DNA of 64,000 nt from Eutreptiella sp. 'Long Island Sound 2002' (lineage: Eukaryota > Protista > Euglenida), in assembly GCA_964036045.1 (NCBI GenBank), contig OZ038379.1, forward strand, positions 55,180,001-55,244,000, written 5' to 3'. Below are positions 33,101-44,790 of this stretch, in pieces. A model generated the notes under the pieces. That model was not told the origin of the DNA. It ran no database searches and worked only from the letters and a program-made list of their open reading frames with translations. Both the position numbers and the translations under genes were made by a program. Every line of letters begins with the position of its first letter. Position 1 is the first letter of the stretch.

Positions 33101-35460
33101 AAGAGGGTCCAGCCCAGCCGGTGGGCGCAACTCACGGTGCGCATGTGGGAGATGTTAGCCCAAGATGGTGTAGGCTCACATTATAGTGGGACGGGGTGTC
33201 TAGCCCTACAATTGGTTGCGGCTTACGGTGCGCCTGTGGGGGATGGTAGCCCCTGATGGCGGGGGCTTACAGGCTAGGGCGATGGGGAGTTCAACGCAGC
33301 TGGTGGTCGCAGCTCACATTGCACTTTTGGGAGATGGTAGTGCCAAATGGCGCGGGCTCACAGGCTAGGGGGACGGGGAGTCTAGCCCAGCCAGTGGTCG
33401 CAGCTCATGGTGCGCCTCAAATGGATATGAGCCCCTAATGGTGCGGGCTCACAGTGCGGGGGGATAGGAATTCCAGCCCGACAGGCGGTCGCAGCTCATG
33501 GCGCACCTAAAGCCTATGGCAGGCCTCATGGGTCGGGCTCACATGCTAGGGGGACAGGGAGTCCACCCCAGTTGCTGGTTGCAGCTCACGGTGCGCTTAG
33601 CAGGGAGAGCGGTTGCCAATGGTGCGGGCTCACAGGCTTTTGGGACGGGGAGTCCAACCCGGGTGGTGGTCGCAGCGCATGGCGCGTGTGTGTGGCATGG
33701 CAACCCCCAATGGCGCAAGCTCACAGGGTGGGGGGACGGGTAGTCTAGCCCAAGCGGTGGTCACAGCTCACGGTGCGCCTGTGGGGGATGGCAACCCCCA
33801 ATTGCGCGGACTCACAAGCCGGGGGACGGGGAGTACAATCTAGCCGGTGGTGGAAGCTCATGGTGCGCGTGTCGGGGATAGCATCCCCCGATGGGGGATG
33901 GCATCCCCCGATGGCGCGCTCTGAGATGTTGCGGGGACGGGGAGTCCAGCCAAGCAGCGGTCGCACCTCAAGGTGCCCGTGCGGCGAACGGCAGCCCCCA
34001 ATGGCGTGGGCGCACAGACTGGGGAACAGGGAGTCCAACCCAGCCGGCGGTCGCAGCATACGGTGCACCTTTCGGGGAAAGGAGCTCCCAGTGGTGCAGA
34101 CGCACAAGATAGGGGGATGGGGATTCAAGCCAGACTGGCCGTCGCAGCTCACGGTGCCCTTGTGGGGGATTGGAGCCCCCAATGGCGCGGCCTCACAAGA
34201 TAGAGGGAGGTGGATTCCAGCATAGCCGGTGGTCGCAGCTCAAGGTGGAGGATTGCAGCCTCCAATTTTGCGGGCTCACAAGCGGGGGGACGGGGAGTCA
34301 CACCCAGCCGGTGGTGGCAACTCACCGTGCACCTGTGGAGGATTTCAGCCCCTAATGGCGCGGGCTTACATGCTACCGCGATGGGGCGTCTAGCCCAAGC
34401 GGTGGTCGGAGCTCATAGTGTACCTTTGGGGCGTGGCAGCCCCCAATGGTGCCGGCTCACAGCCCGGGGCGACCAAGAGTCTAGCCGGGCCGGTGGTCGT
34501 AGCTCATGGTGCGCCTGAAAGGGACAACAACCCCCAATGGTGCGGGCTCACACTCCCGGGAGACGGGGAGTCCCGCCCGGCCGGTGGTCGCATCTCATAA
34601 CGCATTGCAACGCTATGTCAGGCCCCATGGCGCGGGCTCACAGGCGGGGGGGACCAGGAGTCCAGCCGAGCCGGTGGTCGCAGCTCACGGTGCGCGTGTG
34701 GGGCACGGCAGCCCCCAATGGCGCGGGCTCACAAGTGGGGGGGACAGGGTGTAAAGCCGAGGCGGCACTGGCACCTCTCAATGCGCCTCTAGGGGATGGC
34801 AGCACCCGATGGCACATGCTCACAGGCGGGGGGTACGGGAAGTCCAACCTAGCCGGTTGTCGCACCTCATGGTGCGCCTGAAGAGGGTGGCAGCCCCCAA
34901 TGGTGCGGGCTCACACCCTTGGGATACGGGGAGTCCAGCCAAGGCGCTAGACACGGCTCACGGTGCGCTGGTGGGGGATGCGGGCCCCCCAATGGCGTGG
35001 GCGCACAAAGTTGGAGGACGGGGAGGCTAGCCCAACCGATGGGCGCAGCTCACAGCGCGCCTATGGGGGACAACGGCCGCCAATGGGCGGACCCACCGGC
35101 CGGGGGGATGGGGAGTCAAGCCTGGCCAGTGGTCGCAGGTCACGGTGTGCCATTGGGGGCTAGGACCCCCCAATGGCACACGCTCACAGACTAGGGGGAC
35201 AGGGATTCCAGCCCAGCCGGTGGTCACAGGTCATGGTGCGCCTGTGGGGAATGGCAACCCCTGATGGCAGGGGCTCACAGGCCGGGGGGACGCGGAGTCC
35301 CGCCCAGCCGCGTGCCCGGCTCTGGGATGATCACCAGCATGTGCCCGACTAGCCCAGCCCGTGGTCGCAGGTCATGGTGCGCCTGTGGGGAATGGCGACC
35401 CCTGATGGCAGGGGCTCACGGGCTGAGGGGACGCGGAGTCCAACCCAGCCGTGTGCCCGG
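30165..35460 (-). repeat. ~91-bp satellite, subfamily B, inverted relative to 10905-14770
   Basis: Reverse complement tgggggctgccatcccccacaggcgcaccgtgagctgcgaccaccggctgggctggactccccgtccccc aligns with subfamily A; ~815-bp 9-mer duplication (30411 vs 31226). Confidence 0.95.
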
Positions 35461-35740
35461 CTCCCGGGGGGGGCAGCCAGGCCGGGTCTTTGTATGCGAC
35501 CCCCCCCCCAGCCCCCCCCCGGGTTTTGAAAGATAGTGGTGCCGGGTTGGCCCTCAACAAGTGTCCCTAGAGAAAACCGTCCAGCGCCGAAGGCCCCAGT
35601 TCTTTTTTCATACTATGTGTTTATACTCAAAATACTCAAAATTTTGTAGATAATTCATATTTGTATTAAAACAACATGAAACATTTTCGACCTGAAGGAG
35701 GGCTGCAGGAGGGCTGCAAGCCCTAACAGCAACCCTAGCC

Positions 35741-35771
35741 CTGACCCTAACCCCCCTAACCCCTAACCCTA
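35741..35771 (+). repeat. Degenerate interstitial (CCCTAA)n telomere-like repeats
   Basis: aaccctagccctgaccctaacccccctaacccctaaccctaa. Confidence 0.75.
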
Positions 35772-36879
35772 ATCAAGACTGAATATTGGGACGGAGCTGG
35801 TGGGGGAGGGAACATCGGCTATGACTCGTGAGGGACATCAAGAATGATTCACACAATGATGGCTCTTGACAAAGTGAAATCAGCTTGCAAGTGAACCCCA
35901 TCACCACGAGGCCCACTTTCAAGGCTTTTTGGACTTCTGAGGGGCCAAAAAGCCCCAAAATGGGCTCCAAATGGGCTCATTTCACCCGTTTGTGCACCCC
36001 AAATGGTCTAGGATGAGGTTTGGAAAATTACGTTTTTGACCTATTTTTGACCCATTTTTGGTCCCAAAACAGCCCATTTTCAAGGCATTTTGGGATTTTC
36101 GGAGGACCAAAATGGGCCACCACAAGCTCAAAACGGTCCAAAAACACTTTTTTTAGCGTCGCACATGGTCGAGGATCATTTTTGAGAAAAGTCATCTTTT
36201 TGCCTCTACTGGACCCTGTTGACCCATTTGGGCACCCACCTATTTGGGCTTGAGCTTGAAGCTTGCCGCAGCCTAGTGGGCCTAGGTATTGGGGTCTAGG
36301 CGTTCGTTTGGGCAATTCTGAGGGCTGGAAACCACAAAAAGTGGGGGGTTGCGTGTGGAGTAGGTGCCCTCGGAATCGCATTTTGAGCCATGTAGCCAAA
36401 GATATGGCCTATTCTTGGTTTGTGGCTGTCAGCATTTGGAGCTTTTGGGGGCTCTTTTGGGCCGTTTCCGGGACATATCATGGAATTAGAGGGCCGCAAA
36501 GAGCTCGTTGACACAGGGATGTCAAGCCGCACGACCGTTTCCCTTCGTTTGGCCGTTTTGAATATGTTCCAGGGCTTTTTTGGCCCAAAAATGGCTGCTT
36601 TTGGCCCTAAACTGCAATTTTTGAACTGAGGTCCGCCACTTGCGAATCCCGTTCCCGGCCGCCACCGTTGAGTTTCATGCTCAAACTTTGTGTGATTGTA
36701 CTTCACACCCATAGGTATCATCCACCAAAATTTCACCCGAATCTAAAGCACCACAACGGAAGTCCGATTTTTATCCATCTCGCGCGTGCTGCTGCTTGCT
36801 GCTGCTGCTAAACCTGGTATGTCCACCCTAGACACTAAAAGGGGTTATAAAACCAAGACTGGTTCCACCAGCTCGGTGA

Positions 36880-36925
36880 CCCTAACCCTAGGGCTAACCC
36901 TAACCCTACCCTTAACCCTAACCCC
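36880..36925 (+). repeat. Degenerate interstitial (CCCTAA)n telomere-like repeats
   Basis: ccctaaccctagggctaaccctaaccctacccttaaccctaacc, followed by C-rich ggcaggaacacccccc repeats to 37085. Confidence 0.8.
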
Positions 36926-39134
36926 CCCCCCCACCCCTGGCTGGACGCCCCCCTGACCCCCCGGCCAGACCTCCCCCGGCAGGAACACCCCCCCCGACCC
37001 CCAGCAGGAACACCCCCCCCCGACCCCCGGCAGGAACCCCCCCCCCCCCGACCACCGGCTCGACCCCCCCCCCCCCCCCCCCCCCGAGTTTTGACAGGTA
37101 GCTGGGGGGGTGGTCGCATCATGACCATTGGTAGTCGCCCCCCCGGGGCCCGGCTGTGGGATGACCACCAGCATGTGCCCAAGGACCATCTCTAGGGCAC
37201 AAGGGTGCTCTCGCCCACCATCGCATGGCTGCTTGGACCGCCGATGACAACCTACTGGCAGTGGGAGCCCACATCGCCCGACCCCCCGCCCCCTCGGTTA
37301 CTATTGCGGTGCCGCCGTGGCCATGGATTGCCATCGCACTGGCCGCCTGGCCAAATTCAATTATCCCGCTGTGTGCGTGGCACACAAGTGCCCGGGGCAC
37401 CACTACACAGGGCCCATGTACTACTCACTCCACACAGTGGGTACGCTGCCGGCCGAGCTCCACCCGACCCTAAAGACCCACCTCCGGGAAGACCACCTAG
37501 CGCTGCTTGCGCCGCACGGCCTAGCTACCGACCCCCCCCCACACACACCCACGTTGTGGCTCCAGAAACTGAGCCACGGATTTGGTTCCATGACCGGCAA
37601 CCCTGTGTGGCACCATCATCGCGGTGGATGGTGGGACGACGCCGGCGGGCATGGCTAGGGCAGGGTCGCCTAGTGTGGGCTTGGAGCGTACCAAGCCCAT
37701 GTCGCCTCCGGGGTGGGCACCTCCTAAGAAGGAGAGGCCATGATCCTCGTGTCCTACTTTCGGCGACTAGCCGTGCGGCTAGGGGTGTACTGGCTGGTGA
37801 CCGAATATTGCACAGGAACGATACTGCAAAAACCTTGAAGTCTTGTGTAAGATCCAGAACTGCATCTCGCACGCACCCTTGCCCTACTGAAACTAGTTGT
37901 TGTCATGCTTGTTTGTGAATCGACAGTCAACATGGCCACAAAGACCCTGTGCAACACGCAGAGGTCCGGTCTCAACATACTATACAGAAGCACATGCATA
38001 CAGGATTCGTGAAATGCGATCACCATGCTTGTTAATAATCACAAATTACTCTGTCGTAATTCTCGGAGGCCAAACTCGGAGGCGGCAGTGGGGGCCCTCC
38101 GCACGTACTAGGAGGGGGGCCACTATGGGGATGGCATACACCACCTGTATGCCACGAGCCTTGGGGGTAGCTGTTTGACCCCTAGCCCAGCCATGAACGT
38201 GATCACCACGCCGTCGCAATGGATCACGGACCATGATGTCCGAGTGGTTGCGGCGATGTACGGTCTGCCGCAGGTGCACCTAACGTGGCTCCTCCGCTGC
38301 CCCTTCTGTTTCCTTCCCGCGGTAACCTACCGGGACCAGTGCCAACTTTGCTGAGCAAGTGGTTGCAAGAGCAGGCCTCCATTTTGGTGTGGGTCCAATA
38401 TGAGGCTCATTGGGGGGCCAACTACACGCCGGGAAGTAGCCTTCCCCTCGGCTGGTTTCACAGTGACCAGCAACGCCGTATAGGGGCGCACCGCATGGAC
38501 AACATCCCAACAATGATTGTCATGGTGCACCGGTCGTCTGATCGTGACACGGTGCTAGACACGACGTGCCTCCTGCGTGGAGCGCAATAGGAAACAGCAC
38601 CCCACCTCTAGGTCTGCTCGGCCAAATCCCACGAGTGACGGCCAGCCCGTCAACGGCTTGCGGCGTGGCTTGACGGTAGTGTGGGGGGCGTGCTGCATTG
38701 GTGCGCAACCAGCCGTGGGAGGCGGCTGTTCTGGAACAGTGGGCGGCTGCATGCAGCAAGCTCACATGGAATGTTGTTGGCTTGTCACATTGGGGACGGA
38801 GTTCCTGCGCCACGTCATCGAGGAGTCCATCACAGTGTGGTACGCCCACGCCAAGACGCGTGCCACGCTGCTGAAGGCCCGGCTGGGCCCAGACAACACG
38901 ATTGCGTGGGTGTTGTAGGAGCTACGCCTGCACCAATAGGCAGAACGGGAGGGAGTCCCGTGGGAGCTCCTTGGCTAACCGCAATGGTGTGGTGGGAAGC
39001 CTCCAAGTCTGCCCTTTTCCCGCTTTCCGCCGCGAACAACACACTAGCACACAGCGCGCACGCTACACACACAGCCCTCCCGTTTACCTGTACCCGTGGG
39101 TAGACATCCTGCCTTTGCCTTCCGGTAACAGCAC

Positions 39135-39350
39135 GTTCAGCACAGCACAACACAACACAGCACAGCACAGCACAACAAGATACACTACAGTACATCACAG
39201 CACAGCACAGCACGGCATGACACGACACACCATGATGCGACACAACAGAACACGACACAACACAACAGAGCACAGCACAACACAGCACAACACATCGCAA
39301 CACAGCAAAACGCAACACAACACAACACAACACAATACAACACAACACAA
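39135..39350 (+). repeat. (CACAA/CACAG)n microsatellite
   Basis: Mixed pentamers; this explains the VVLCC and QHSTT spurious ORFs. Confidence 0.95.
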
Positions 39351-39479
39351 ACATCCCCCCATCCGTTCCCAAAAAGAAACAGCAGCATATCCAAACCAAA
39401 AGACCCCTCAAATGCCCCGGCTGCTTTTATCATGGCTGCTTTGATCTACCACCATTACTGGCCATGTGATTGTCTGCAG

Positions 39480-41460
39480 GGCCTCAGCAGAAGAAGGCGG
39501 TGTGCTGCAGTCTGCCAATGACCATCCTCCGGCATGCACCACCATTGTGTCTGTGTCATTCTCAGCACACAAACTTCAGAAAGGTGCACCTTGTCCTGCC
39601 GTGGAATGTTGGGCTGTGCGTTTCTGGGGGCATGTTGGGCTGTGCGTTTCTGGGGGCGTGCCTCGGTCTTGCTTAGCTTTCCGGGCAGGGTTTCCATTTA
39701 ATCGGTCAGCTGCTGGGGAATCAGGCAGTGTACTGTCCCACACTGAGTGTGTTTGGCCAAGCCTCCCATGATTGAGGCAGTGCGCTGTGCCGCCCAACAG
39801 TCAGGCAGTGTTCTGAGCAGCACCGGTTTCAGGCATTGAATTGTGTCACCTGGGATGCAGGCTGTCTGCTTTTTTGTCCAGGATTCAGGCACTTTTCTGT
39901 GTGGCATGCCACACAGGCAGTGTACTACACACTGGGCCACACTGCTAAACCGCAGGAGGCACAGCACACTGGCTGAATACTGGGTGGGTTGGAACAACAC
40001 ATGAATCCCAGGAAATACAGTGTTCTGCCTGAATCGGAGGCGACACCGCACACTGCGTGAATATTTAACCGTGAATATTAAACCGCTGAGTACGGTGCCT
40101 GACTCCCTGGCTGCTCAATTCAAAGCAACACAGCATTCTTCCTGATGCCCATGCCGCAGAGCACACCGGCTGAATTGCAAGCGATACTTCACACTGCCTG
40201 AACCCCAGGCGACACAGCACAATGCTTGATACCGGAGTAGCATGGGTCAGCGCACTGCTGGAATGTGATGCAGCTCAGCACGCTCCCCAACTCGTAAACA
40301 ACTCAGCACACTGCCCAAATCTTGGGCAACCCACCAACCCTGCCTTCATCTCAAGCAGCTTAACGTGGTGCCTGGATCCTAAGTGGCCAAGCACACTGCT
40401 GGAGATCCCAAGGCACACAGCAAATCTCTTGAATTGTGGGCGGCATGGCACACTTTCTGAAATGCACGCGGCTCGGCACAGTGCTGGAATCGTTGGTGCG
40501 TCAACAAGCTGCCTAAACTGTGGACAGCATAGACTTAGAACAGTGCTTCGTTGGAACTGCGGCACACTGCTTGAGTCATAGGTGGCTCAGCATACTGCTT
40601 CACACTGAATCAGCGCAGCACAATGCCTACATCTGTGGAGACATGACATTCCAGTTGATCCCCGGCTTGCTCAGCACACTGCTTGAATCTCAACCACCCC
40701 AGGTTAGGGCCCAGCCCACTACCTCATTCTCAGGCACTGGGCACACTGCCTGAACCCATGACAACATAGCACAATGCCTGAGCACACTGCACGAATCCCG
40801 GACAACACAGCACACCGCCTGAATGCTAGGTTGCTGATGACCCTGCGTGAATACCAAGGAATGTGTGACATTGCCTAGACTCTTGGCAACAGAGCACATT
40901 GTGGGACTGCCCCGTCGCTAAGGAAAATGCTTGAATCCTCGGCGGCTCAGCACGTGCCTGACACCTAGGAACTCACTGGCTTGAGTTCCAAGTTTCTGAG
41001 CATATTCCCGCAATCTTAGGTGACACGTACCAACATTCGGCTCGTAGACAAGGTAGCACACCACTGGGAGCGCATGCTGCACGAATCCTCGGAAGTTGAG
41101 CACACTGTCATGGGTCAATGGGCTCACTGCCCAAAACGCACGAGATGAAGCACATTGCCACAATATCCAAGACAACACAACACAATGCCAAAATTTCTAG
41201 TAGCTCAGCATGTCACGTGAATAGCCATAAGCTCAACACACTAGTTGAATCCCGACACACTTCATGAATCTGAGGGCACGCAACACACTTCTTGACTCCT
41301 AGACAACACTGCACACCGCCTAAGTACGGGCAACCCACCACAATGCCCACATGTCAAGCCGCTGAACATGCTACCTGAATTCTAGGTGGCCTAGCAAGCT
41401 TTTGGACTCTCGGGTGATGTTGCACTCTGCCCCAACCTAGGGCGACACAACACAATTTCC
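39480..41460. repeat. Diverged ~29-bp minisatellite (cagcacactgcctgaatc core) that switches orientation at ~39900
   Basis: Core appears as gattcaggcagtgtgctg before ~39900 and as cagcacactgcctgaatc after; perfect 20-bp palindrome at 39897-39916. Confidence 0.8.
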
Positions 41461-43964
41461 ATGACATGTTGTTGTACATTTGGCCTACATCTTTGGTGCC
41501 TCAAAAGAGCCGAAATCTTGGGCTGCACACGTGCATTTTGGCGAGGCACGCACAGCAGAACCAGTACCTCTCCTCGGCTGTGCTGCAGCCTAGGTCATGG
41601 CCTAGTTGGCCTGTCTCAAAGCACACCGGGCATGCTGCTAGGGCCACGGCCGGATGGGGTTGCGGGGGCGGGGGCACACCGAGAAGAGACAGAGTGGTGT
41701 TGGCGTGTGGGTGGGCAGGTGCGGCGGGCAAGTGTCCGAATATAAGTGCTGCAGGATCCAAGATGTATGGTGAAATTTGCCACGAGCATGAAGGCACAAC
41801 TCACAATGCTCACACTGTCGTGTGCATGCGGCACACGACTTTGGTGGCAATTAAATGTCATTAACAGATAGATGTTCCTTGTAAGTGACGCCAACATTGA
41901 TTTGAAAATGCGCTTCGCAAATGCGGCAGGAGGGGTCAACAAATATTTGTGCACCAACAGTGCTTCCACGTTCCAACGCACCATCTGCGGACCGTGGGCT
42001 TGCCCTACAATACGAGAAACGTGCTCCGGCTGCTCACCTTCAGCAATAGTACCTTCTAATGTGGCAAACCACATAACCGCGCCACGAGACACGTGAAAAG
42101 ACTCGCACAACCTTTTAAGTGGGCGCATAGCCAGTCATTAAAGATGCTGACTGATCCCAAATGCTTGAAAGTTGGCTGATAGCCAGCTTCCTTGCCCAAA
42201 GCTTTTGGTTCATATTGATTCACACAAAGAAGCCGCTGCATCGCATCAATGCAAAGTGTCGAATAATGGGTGTTTGCAAGAGGCATGCAGCTAACAGAAC
42301 GCATGCTTCTTAGGTGGCTCAATTTGCATGGTCAAAAATACCTGCAAACATGGAAATCGCGCATGTTCAGAAAGACTGTGAAAAACTATTCTTTCGAGTG
42401 ATTGGGCCAGCGCCTCGTAGGATATTTTCAACAAAAATATTTTATTTCAGTGGAGTGACACACACGCCTAGTGTTTTCACAAAAACAATTGTTTTATGGT
42501 GATCCTATGCGGGAGGCCTCGAGCATAGGGGGACGTGCGATGCATTACCGCACGATACATCAAGCAAATTCTGGAAAGGGAAGAACATGCCGTCGGTGTA
42601 CACCTAACCTTGTACCATTATCAGGATGTAGTGGTGAAAGCGGGGGCAAAATGCGTATATTTGCATTTTACACCACAAGATAATCTGTAAATGTATAATT
42701 GTTACTGCAGGAACCCCTATTCTATGCGCGAGGCCTCGCACATGGAATGGTGTGTCGCAAATGATAAATTTCTAACCTCGTTCCTTAGGGGGCTGGCTTC
42801 AATGCCTCTTCATCCCTGTCAAGGCTCCCAGGACTTGTGTGAAACTTTCTTGAATGCTCGGCTGCAGCTTCAATTTGACGCCCGAGGTCTTTCCATCCCA
42901 CGTGCACAGGCGTCCAAAGGACGACGTGAGTGTCGGCACTGTGGTCCAATTTTGTTTCGCCACTCCCTCGTGATCACTGTTCTACTATCTCGTGACAGGT
43001 GCTCCACTCATCATAGCGCTTCACACTCAAGGATGAGGAGGTGGAGGAGGAGATGCGGCCAATCGTTGCCACCACTTAACATCCCCATTGTGCCCATTGC
43101 CAAGCCCAGTTGAATAGTATGTGCCCGTGTGTGAGCCCGAGGGCTTCTAAGCATGATGGTGGTGTCTCTTTCCCAATCGTCCCGGTTCATTCCATCGAGT
43201 TGGGTAGTAGCTGCATAGCTGTACCTCTCGTCCTTGGTGCCCCTCCCCCCCCCCCAAGCCGGGTATGGCTTGAATCTCACCTAAGCCCGTTGGAGATTAC
43301 GCAAAGGAGGGGTGTCTGCCTACAGCTCTCAAGGTCCTTTGTTGCCTTCAAGGCACACCACGTATGTGTCTCTCCCTGCCTACTAATGCACACCTAACAC
43401 CGCCAATGTCTTCCCATATGGATTCAACAGGTCAACCCTAGCACAGGCTTAGGTTTTAAAACACCGCTTGCGCCAAGGGCTGTGTGCATGTTGTGCAGGG
43501 CGGGTCATATCTATGGAGTATCCTCATAGCGTTGTGTACCCTATCATATAGAACCAGTGTCATGTTTGCTCAGGTCAAGCTGCTATGACCCCTACCCCTC
43601 GCATGGATATGTAGACGCGATTACCAACCCATCGTAGACCAAGATGTAGTGGGGCAAATGGGCGTACTTAGGGTGCGAAGTACGTCTGCCCTGGGGTGAT
43701 ATGGTGGGTATGTTGCAAAACTTAGTAAAAATATTTTCATTTTGCAAAAAAATTGTTGAGTTTTGAACCTTAGTAAGTTAAGATATTGTTACTATTTTTT
43801 TCCTATGCAAGTGGGTTTTCTATTTTGTTTCAAACCCTAGTTTAAAAGGTTTCTGTCTACTAAGTCAAAAAAGGAGTCAAAATTTTTTCTGCGAAGCAAA
43901 AACCACCGTTCATGTTTTTTGTCCACCAAGTTTTGTAAAAAAAAAAAGAATTGTTACCTCCCCA

Positions 43965-44790
43965 CATTGCGTGGTCCCTTGAACTGGGGTGATGTACTCC
44001 CAAGCCTCGATGTGGCCTCTCGAGTTGGGGTGGTGGATTTATACGCTTCGGTGGCCCCTCAAGACGGGATGATGGACTCCCACCCTGTGGCATGGCCTCT
44101 CGATGTGGGGTGATGGACTCCCATGCCTAGTGTAGTCCCTTGAGTTGGGGTGATTGATTGCCATGCTTTGGTGTGGCCCCTCACATTGGGGTGTTGGCAT
44201 ACCAAGCTTCAATGTGGCCCCTCAAGTTGGAATGATGCACTTCCAAGCAGCGGCATGCTCCGAGTTAAGGTGATGGAGTACGATACTTCGTGGTCCGCCC
44301 TCGAGTTGGGGTGTTGGCTCTCATCCCTCGGCATGACCCCTCGTTTTTGGTCCATGGACTCCCAAGCTTCGGTGCGGCCCCTTGGTGTGGTGGCCTTGCA
44401 CTCTTCAATATGGCTTCTCGATTGGGATCATAGACTCCTAAGCTTCATCCCGGCCTTTCGCACTAGGCCGATGGACTGCAACGCTATTGTGTTGCCTCTC
44501 TAGTTGAGGTGATGCACTCACACGCTTTGTTGTGGCCCCTAATGTTGGGGGGATGCACTCCCACACTTCAGTGTGGGTTTCGGAGTTGCAGTCATGGATT
44601 CCAACGCTTGCCCCCCCCCCCCCCTTTTGGAGTTGAGTTGATCGACTCCCACTCTTTAGCCTTGGCCCCTCAAGTTAAGGGTGATTGGCCTCCATACTTT
44701 GGTGTGCCCCTTTGAGTTGGAATGATAGAATCCCATGTTTAAGCTTGGCCGCTGGATTTCGGGTTATGGACTGCCACGCTACAGTATCTT
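43965..44790 (+). repeat. 41-bp minisatellite family D (gtggcccctcgagttggggtgatggactcccacgcttcggt)
   Basis: Unit starts at 43971 and 44012; the same family occurs at 50960-53230. Confidence 0.9.

Noticed and set aside
37205-38920. Coding-like fragments after the telomere-like block
   Set aside because: They may be retroelement debris, but no supportable domain was recognised.
39480-41460. CRISPR-like constant-plus-variable array
   Set aside because: The variable part is only ~11 bp, the repeats are highly degenerate, there are no cas genes, and the context is eukaryotic.
41616-43113. Possible transposase remnants (minus-strand ORFs 41616-42322, plus-strand ORF 42691-43113)
   Set aside because: I could not identify any diagnostic motif, so they are left unassigned.
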